Shown here one piece after another: positions 57,461 to 64,000 of a stretch of 64,000 nucleotides of DNA. The stretch is from an uncultured Gemmatimonadales bacterium (GTDB lineage: Bacteria; Gemmatimonadota; Gemmatimonadetes; Gemmatimonadales; GWC2-71-9): assembly GCA_963815325.1 (NCBI GenBank), contig CAWFGG010000001.1:304130-368129 (forward strand), given 5' to 3'. Made by a program: the position numbers and the translations under genes. Every line of letters begins with the position of its first letter. Positions within the stretch are counted from its first letter, which is position 1. The notes under the pieces are model-generated. The model saw only the letters and a program-made list of their open reading frames with translations. It made no database searches and was not told the origin of the DNA.

Positions 57461-58924
57461 ATGGCCCGAGGATTACTTCATCTCCCTGCCCCGCAGGGTG
57501 CCCGGCTCCTGGCCCGTGACCTGATCGACACCGTCCGAGCCGCCGCCGCCCAGCTCGAGGCGACGCCCGGCGCGGACGCATTGCACGATCTGCGCGTTGC
57601 GATTCGGCGGCTCCGAACCCTGCTCAGGTCCTACCAACCGTGGCTGGGTCCGGCAGCATCTCCCAAGGTCCGGAGGGGCCTGAGACGAATTGCCTCCGCA
57701 ACCGGAACCACGCGTGACATCGATGTCCAGTTGGCCTGGATCGAGCAGCACGCCTCCACGTTTGCGGCCCGGGAGCAGGCGGGCCTCACGTGGTTGAAAC
57801 GTCGGCTCGAGCGGCGACGGAGCGCGACCCTGGCAAGCCTCCGCCGCAAGGAGGCGAAACGCCTACGCCGGCTGACCGACTTCATAGGGGAGGAGGTTCG
57901 GGAGTTTTGCTTGCCGGCAGACCCAGCGGACCGCGCTCACCAGCCGGCGGCCACCCTCGCCGCCGTGACCGGCGATCTTCTCGGAACCTTGCTCCACCAA
58001 TTCGAGCCCGAACTCGACGCCATTCGGTCGATCGATGACCGAAACCGTTCGCATGCTGCCCGGATTACCGGGAAGCGGATCAGATACCTCATCGAGCCGC
58101 TGGGGCAGGAACTGTCGGCGGGCTCCGACGCCGTTAGCCAACTCAAGCAACTGCAGGACATGCTGGGTGAATTCAACGATGCCAACCAATTCGAGAACCT
58201 CGTAGGCCGGGCACAAGACCAGGTGGCGGTTCGGCAGGAGCGCCGGTTCTCGAAGGCAGTGCTCAACGGCAAGGTCCTGGACGAAGCCTGGGTGGGCCGG
58301 ATGCGGGAGCGGGACCCGTGCCCAGGGCTTGCGGCGTTGCACGAGCGTCTCGATGCGCGGCAGCACGAGTGCTACGCTCGCATCGAGCAGTGGCTGCACG
58401 ATGAAGCCTTCGCACTGCGCCGCCGCTTGCATGACATGGTCGTGGCGCTCTGCCGCACCCAGATCCCGGATCGCGAAATCGAGCGCAAGTACCTGCTTCG
58501 GTCATTGCCGGACCTGGTCGTTGGCTCGGCGGCCCAATTGATCGAGCAGGGGTATCTCCCGGGCTCCCGGGTTCGAGAGCGCCTCCGACGCATACGGATG
58601 ACAGGGACGGAACGGTATTACCGGACCATCAAAGTGGGAGACGGAATCGACCGCGCGGAGTTCGAGGAGGAGACGACCCGCGAAATGTTCGCCTCCATGT
58701 GGCCGTTGACCGAGGGCAAGCGTGTTCGCAAACGCCGCTATCGCGTGGTCTTTGGTGAGCTCATCTGGGAAATCGACGAATTCCTCGACCATCCTCTCAT
58801 CATGGCGGAGGTCGAGATCCCCCACCCCAGCATCGATCCGGAACCGCCCGAGTGGCTCAGGCCCTATGTGGTCCGTCAAGTCTCGGGCGAGCCGGAATTC
58901 CTCAATGTGAACCTGGCGCGCTAG
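57461..58924 (+). CDS. CHAD domain protein fused to a C-terminal CYTH (triphosphate tunnel metalloenzyme) domain
   Basis: CHAD helices (ALHDLRVAIRRLRTLLRSY; SHAARITGKRIRYLIEP; LQDMLGEFNDANQF) are followed by the CYTH start EIERKYLL and ...RKRRYRVVFGELIWEIDEFLDHPLIMAEVEIP. Confidence 0.8.
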   Translation: MARGLLHLPAPQGARLLARDLIDTVRAAAAQLEATPGADALHDLRVAIRRLRTLLRSYQPWLGPAASPKVRRGLRRIASATGTTRDIDVQLAWIEQHASTFAAREQAGLTWLKRRLERRRSATLASLRRKEAKRLRRLTDFIGEEVREFCLPADPADRAHQPAATLAAVTGDLLGTLLHQFEPELDAIRSIDDRNRSHAARITGKRIRYLIEPLGQELSAGSDAVSQLKQLQDMLGEFNDANQFENLVGRAQDQVAVRQERRFSKAVLNGKVLDEAWVGRMRERDPCPGLAALHERLDARQHECYARIEQWLHDEAFALRRRLHDMVVALCRTQIPDREIERKYLLRSLPDLVVGSAAQLIEQGYLPGSRVRERLRRIRMTGTERYYRTIKVGDGIDRAEFEEETTREMFASMWPLTEGKRVRKRRYRVVFGELIWEIDEFLDHPLIMAEVEIPHPSIDPEPPEWLRPYVVRQVSGEPEFLNVNLAR

Positions 58925-58991
58925 CGCCCGCGAATTGCCCCCCGAAGCCTCCGCAACTGCCCTGGGGTTGACCAGCCGCGGCCCATGGACT

Positions 58992-59015
58992 ATCCTTTCA
59001 TCCGGATGAAAGGAT
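58992..59015. promoter_or_regulatory. Perfect 24-bp palindrome immediately upstream of the sahR-like start codon
   Basis: ATCCTTTCATCC|GGATGAAAGGAT at 58992-59015, with the ATG at 59019. The right arm contains the only Shine-Dalgarno-like AAGGA. Confidence 0.6.
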
Positions 59016-59018
59016 GAT

Positions 59019-59999
59019 ATGACCGCACAGGCCGATGTCTTTGGCCGGATGGATGTCCTGGCCGACAGTACGCGCACCCGCTTGTTGCTGACCCTCGAGG
59101 CCGGCGAGATGACGGTATCGGAACTGCGGACCGTGCTCCAGCTGCCCCAGTCCACCGTGAGCCGCCATCTCAGGATCCTGTCGGACGAGGGCTGGGTCAG
59201 CGCCCGCGCAGACGGGGCGAGCCATCGCTATCGCAAGACGGCGAGCGGGCCGGATACCAGGGCCGCCGAACTCTGGCACCTGGTCCGCGCCGAGGTTCGG
59301 GAGACCGCGACGGCCGCCCAAGACGCGGCGCGCGCTCAGAGCGTGCTGGCCGCGCGCCGTGCCACGTCGCGTGAATTCTTCTCATCCACGGCAGGACGGT
59401 GGGATGAGTTGCGCCGCACGCTTTTCGGCTCGCGCCCCGAGCTCGGCGCCTTCCTGGCTTTGTTCGATCCGGCATGGGTCGTGGGCGACCTGGGAAGCGG
59501 TACCGGGCAGTTGGCGGAAGCGCTGGCGCCCTTCGTCAGACAGGTCCTGGCGGTGGACGAATCGCCGGCCATGCTCGAAGCCGCGCGGGTGCGGCTCTAC
59601 AGCCTGCCCAACGTTGAGGTGCGTCGTGGGGAGCTCGAGGCCCTCCCAATCGAGGCCGGGGAATTGGACGTCGCTATCCTGTCCCTGGTGCTGCACTACA
59701 CGCCGGAACCCGGCCGGGTGTTGGCCGAGGCCGGCCGGGTGCTTCGACCGGGCGGCCGGATGCTCATTATCGATATGCAACCCCACGATCATGCCGAGTA
59801 CCGGAGTGACATGGGACACGCGTGGCAGGGGTTTTCCAAGGAGCAGATCTTCGAATGGCTTGGTAACGCAGGGTTCGATCGGCCGGTCTATCACATGCTG
59901 CCGGCCGATCCGGAAGCCAGAGGGCCGACACTTTTCGCAGCGAGCGCGTATTGGCCGGACACGACCGTCATCACACGACCGAACCGAGTGACGCACTGA
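59019..59999 (+). CDS. sahR: ArsR-type wHTH fused to a SAM-methyltransferase-like domain (SahR-like regulator)
   Basis: N-terminus LADSTRTRLLLTLEAGEMTVSELRTVLQLPQSTVSRHLRILSDEGWVSAR (ArsR HTH). C-terminus VGDLGSGTGQLAEAL...VLAVDESPAML...LRPGGRMLIIDM (class I SAM-binding motifs). It lies directly upstream of ahcY with a 27-nt gap. Confidence 0.7.
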   Translation: MTAQADVFGRMDVLADSTRTRLLLTLEAGEMTVSELRTVLQLPQSTVSRHLRILSDEGWVSARADGASHRYRKTASGPDTRAAELWHLVRAEVRETATAAQDAARAQSVLAARRATSREFFSSTAGRWDELRRTLFGSRPELGAFLALFDPAWVVGDLGSGTGQLAEALAPFVRQVLAVDESPAMLEAARVRLYSLPNVEVRRGELEALPIEAGELDVAILSLVLHYTPEPGRVLAEAGRVLRPGGRMLIIDMQPHDHAEYRSDMGHAWQGFSKEQIFEWLGNAGFDRPVYHMLPADPEARGPTLFAASAYWPDTTVITRPNRVTH

Positions 60000-60026
60000 A
60001 CGATTCACTGTAAGGAGTTAAACATC

Positions 60027-61514
<1,488 letters not shown>

Positions 61515-61538
61515 TGGTTCGGATCGACCCTGAACGGC

Positions 61539-61563
61539 GACGGGGCGCTTTCGGCGCCCCGTC
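61539..61563. terminator. Bidirectional terminator hairpin between ahcY and the convergent zraP-like gene
   Basis: GACGGGGCGC (61539-61548), loop TTTCG, GCGCCCCGTC (61554-61563). It lies 25 nt after the ahcY TAG and 7 nt before the stop of the minus-strand gene. Confidence 0.6.
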
Positions 61564-61569
61564 GTCGTG

Positions 61570-62094
61570 CTACCCGCCGGATTCCTGTCCGCTCGAACGC
61601 CCACCCATCATGCCGCAGCCTCCTGCCATCCCGGACTCCATACGCGATTGCATCTGCTTCATCTGTTCCGCGTGATGTGCGTCCAGCTTCGCAGCTTGAT
61701 CGGTCGTCAATACCGTCTTGGTCCGCTCATGGAAGCGGAGTCGGGCCGGCATGAGGGCGTGCATCGACGCTTGAGCGGTCGACCTGAGCGCGGCAACAGA
61801 ATCCGCACCCACCCCAGTTCGACATCCTTGCCGCAGGGCGTCGTGTGTCTGCTCCGCTTCGGCTCGAAGAGCCTTCGTCTCGACGAGCAGCGAGTCCCGC
61901 AATGGCTTGATTAGCGCGACCTGTTCCGGCGAGAGATCGAGCATGGTGGCAAGACGTTCCGTGGTGGGTTGGAACCCCTGGTCATCCAACGCCATGCCTC
62001 CCCCCATGCCCCCCATGTGTCCGCGCTGCTGTGCGACGGCCACCGTTGCGACGCACAGGAGCAGCCCGGCAATTCGGAGAGTGCGAACCATCAT
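61570..62094 (-). CDS. Periplasmic CpxP/Spy-family chaperone, ZraP-like (Met/Gly-rich termini)
   Basis: Signal peptide MMVRTLRIAGLLLCVATVAVAQQ. Two LTxxQ-type motifs (LSPEQVALIK, LTTDQAAKLD). HMGGMGGGM after the signal and a C-terminal GMAGGCGMMGG, as in ZraP. Confidence 0.65.
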   Translation of the reverse strand: MMVRTLRIAGLLLCVATVAVAQQRGHMGGMGGGMALDDQGFQPTTERLATMLDLSPEQVALIKPLRDSLLVETKALRAEAEQTHDALRQGCRTGVGADSVAALRSTAQASMHALMPARLRFHERTKTVLTTDQAAKLDAHHAEQMKQMQSRMESGMAGGCGMMGGRSSGQESGG

Positions 62095-62337
62095 TCGATG
62101 CCTCCTTGAGTGTTGTGCGGTAGGACCGCGGCTCGACCCTCCCGCGGGCCCGCCCCCGGTGGTGCCGTGGACTTCCGTGTAAGAGAGATCCGGGCCCATG
62201 AATAGAGGATGAAGCGAGGATGATGGACCCCTCATATGGGAACGCCATGCGAGATGACCCGCCCTGGCGGACCTATCGATGGCTCGGCACATCCTGGGAC
62301 GTGCCTACATTGGTCGCGTGGCCGCCTCGGGAACCTC

Positions 62338-62979
62338 CTACCTGTTACCCACGGTTTGGAGGTAGGTCACGATGGCCGTGGTCTGTTCACGCGTCGGCGG
62401 CGTGACCCTCATCCGCTCGATGTTCCGCTCCATGCGCATGAAGATGGCGGGCCAGTCATTGATGGTGTGCGCCTTCGGATCCGGAAGCGCGTGGCACTGG
62501 CCGCAGACCGCGGCAAACTCCTCGCGTCCCGTGCCGGCAGGGAGGGTTCCGGTGGTCACCTGGAGCGCGTGCTCGGTGAGATAATCGAGCAGGACTCGCC
62601 GCTCCCCGGTCTCTGGAACTTGGATGCCAAATTCAGCCGGCAGCCGGTCCATTCGAAGCCACATCCGCCGGACAACGTTGGGCCAATCGGTGGCACTGTG
62701 GGTCGTCGGTGACGGTAGCCAGTGGCACTGCTGTGCGCAGTAGGTCACCACGAGCTTGGCGCCTCGCGATTCCGGATCCGGCAAGTCGGAGGCCGTGGTC
62801 CCCTCCGGGGGGAGCGCGACCCTGGCCGACGCGAGCAAAATTTGATCGCGGGTTCCCTGGGCGGACAGCGGGGGGGGCGACGCCTCGCCGCCTTGCGGTT
62901 GGGGGGCGCGTTCCTGGCATGCCCCGATCCCGAGACCGACGAGAAGCAGGCCGACGATCCGGGAGGAAAGGGTCCACAT
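62338..62979 (-). CDS. Putative dihaem c-type cytochrome lipoprotein
   Basis: Lipobox-like LLVGLGIGAC. It has two internally repeated modules, VTYCAQQCHWLPSPTTHSATDWPNVVRRM and AAVCGQCHALPDPKAHTINDWPAIFMRM. Their haem-attachment motifs are CxxxCH and CxxCH. Confidence 0.5.
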   Translation of the reverse strand: MWTLSSRIVGLLLVGLGIGACQERAPQPQGGEASPPPLSAQGTRDQILLASARVALPPEGTTASDLPDPESRGAKLVVTYCAQQCHWLPSPTTHSATDWPNVVRRMWLRMDRLPAEFGIQVPETGERRVLLDYLTEHALQVTTGTLPAGTGREEFAAVCGQCHALPDPKAHTINDWPAIFMRMERNIERMRVTPPTREQTTAIVTYLQTVGNR

Positions 62980-63183
62980 GCGAGCCTCCAAAGTCACAGG
63001 GCCTCCTGCCGAAGTTGGGGTTCAGTCCTCAAGTTAAGCTGGGAATGGCGTCGAAACCACACGGCCCGCCCTTTCAGTCTTTTCGACCGGTTCGTCATCA
63101 CATACCTTTAGCGTGCAGTCAGGACGGTTCGACGACGTGGCGTGAGTCCCCACTCCGACTCCTTCCACCGAGTATCCCTTGAC

Positions 63184-64000
63184 GTGACGTCTAAGCCCAC
63201 TCCACAAGAGCACCTGGCCCTGTCACGGGAAGTCTCGGCATTCCTGGTACAGTTCTCAATTGCGCTCCACAACATCTCGACGTACCCGCGCGGCCACCCC
63301 ATGTTGGCAACGGCGGTAGACGCGGTCATGGGTCGCGTTCGCCCGTTGTTGAAACGGGACCACTCGCTCTCCCTCGGCGTTGCCAAGACACAGCTTCTGG
63401 TCGAAGGCGCGGCCACCGACCCGAACAACGCGGTGCTGCGGGATCTGGCCCAGAGGCTCCACCGCCATCAGATCGGGATGGTGCGGCTTAGCGAGGGGGT
63501 TGCGCACGACGAGATGGCGGACTTCCTCGAGCGCCTGAGCGCCGACCCCATTTACCAGGGCCAGCCGCTCGGCTTGAGCCCCGAAGGCGAGCGGCAACGA
63601 TGGCCCCACGTCCAGGTTACCCCGCTGGCCTTCGATCAGCTGGAGCTGGTGGACAAGCGGCCCGGTGACAGCGAAGGGAGTCGAGCCGTGCGTCTCTGGT
63701 TGGCCTTGGCCGATTCCGCCGTCACCGGGCCGGAGAGTGCCACCGAAAAGCAGGCCCTCGACGTGCAGGACGTCGCGCAGGCTATCAACGAATCCTCCCA
63801 TGATGAGTCATACGATCGCGTGATCGTCGGCTATCTCCTTCAGCTCAGTCGGGAGTTGGCAGCGAGCGAGGGAGCGGACGGCGCGGTACTGAAGCGACGC
63901 CTGACTGAACTTCTCGAAGGCCTCACGCCGGAGACCCTCCATCGCCTCCTGCAGATGGGTGGTGGGCTGGCCGAACGACAGGAATTGGTCAAGACCCTCT
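63184..64000 (+). CDS. Hypothetical protein, partial (runs off the right edge); resembles N-terminal regions of large HD/HD-GYP-type signalling proteins
   Basis: The frame is open from a TAG at 63109-63111 to the window end, with GTG candidates at 63142 and 63184. Translation: ...LSREVSAFLVQFSIALHNISTYPRGHPMLATAVDAVMGRVRPLL...LVEGAATDPNNAVLRDLAQRLHRHQIGMVRLSEGV.... It is absent from the ORF track because no stop is reached. The antisense ORF 63256..63801 looks like a shadow. Confidence 0.5.
   Translation, partial: MTSKPTPQEHLALSREVSAFLVQFSIALHNISTYPRGHPMLATAVDAVMGRVRPLLKRDHSLSLGVAKTQLLVEGAATDPNNAVLRDLAQRLHRHQIGMVRLSEGVAHDEMADFLERLSADPIYQGQPLGLSPEGERQRWPHVQVTPLAFDQLELVDKRPGDSEGSRAVRLWLALADSAVTGPESATEKQALDVQDVAQAINESSHDESYDRVIVGYLLQLSRELAASEGADGAVLKRRLTELLEGLTPETLHRLLQMGGGLAERQELVKTL

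Overview
This is a GC-rich, gene-dense bacterial chromosomal segment with about 60 supportable genes. I found no rRNA, tRNA, CRISPR array, transposase or integrase. Left to right it contains: a G-rich nested tandem repeat; an MqnD-like menaquinone gene; an HD-GYP response regulator next to a kinase-less REC-DHp-REC protein; a LemA/M48 peptidase pair; an orphan pseudopilin between small regulators; a YhaM-like OB-HD nuclease; a secreted Big_2/LVIVD propeller protein; a glf-GT2-GT-C operon; ogt; a cupredoxin; and an MFS pump. A long minus-strand gene string follows (RND pump, TolC, adaptor, HExxH protein, M14 carboxypeptidase, Bcp, PD40 protein, LepB). After it come a HEAT-repeat protein, an Hsp20, an MBL-rhodanese sulfur enzyme divergent from an ArsR regulator, and a second RND system with a P-II-like accessory gene. 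The rest of the window holds Hsp15, a lasso-peptide-like locus, thiC with a TPP riboswitch, a decayed TonB-dependent receptor, a hydrolase/GDPD pair, a Zn-peptidase-like/ATP-grasp/Tat-PLP trio, a CHAD-CYTH protein, a SahR-like regulator with ahcY, and a ZraP-like chaperone with a dihaem cytochrome. The most interesting signal is the locus at 43.1-47.4 kb. It combines an asparagine-synthetase-type (lasso cyclase-like) gene that lacks the N-terminal Cys, a small ORF whose N-terminus matches the lasso leader motif YxxPxLxxxGxxxxLTx, a hairpin terminator and an ABC-2 exporter. No B protease or RRE gene is visible. A second theme is clustered reading-frame disruption. At least 13 disruptions fall between 33.9 and 52.2 kb, in Hsp20, RND-2, the AsnB-like gene, the ABC ATPase and the TonB receptor. 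I saw none elsewhere, so this is either selective gene decay or local sequence error. All calls come from reading the translations and the DNA by eye. No database search was run, and start codons are often uncertain in this GC-rich DNA.
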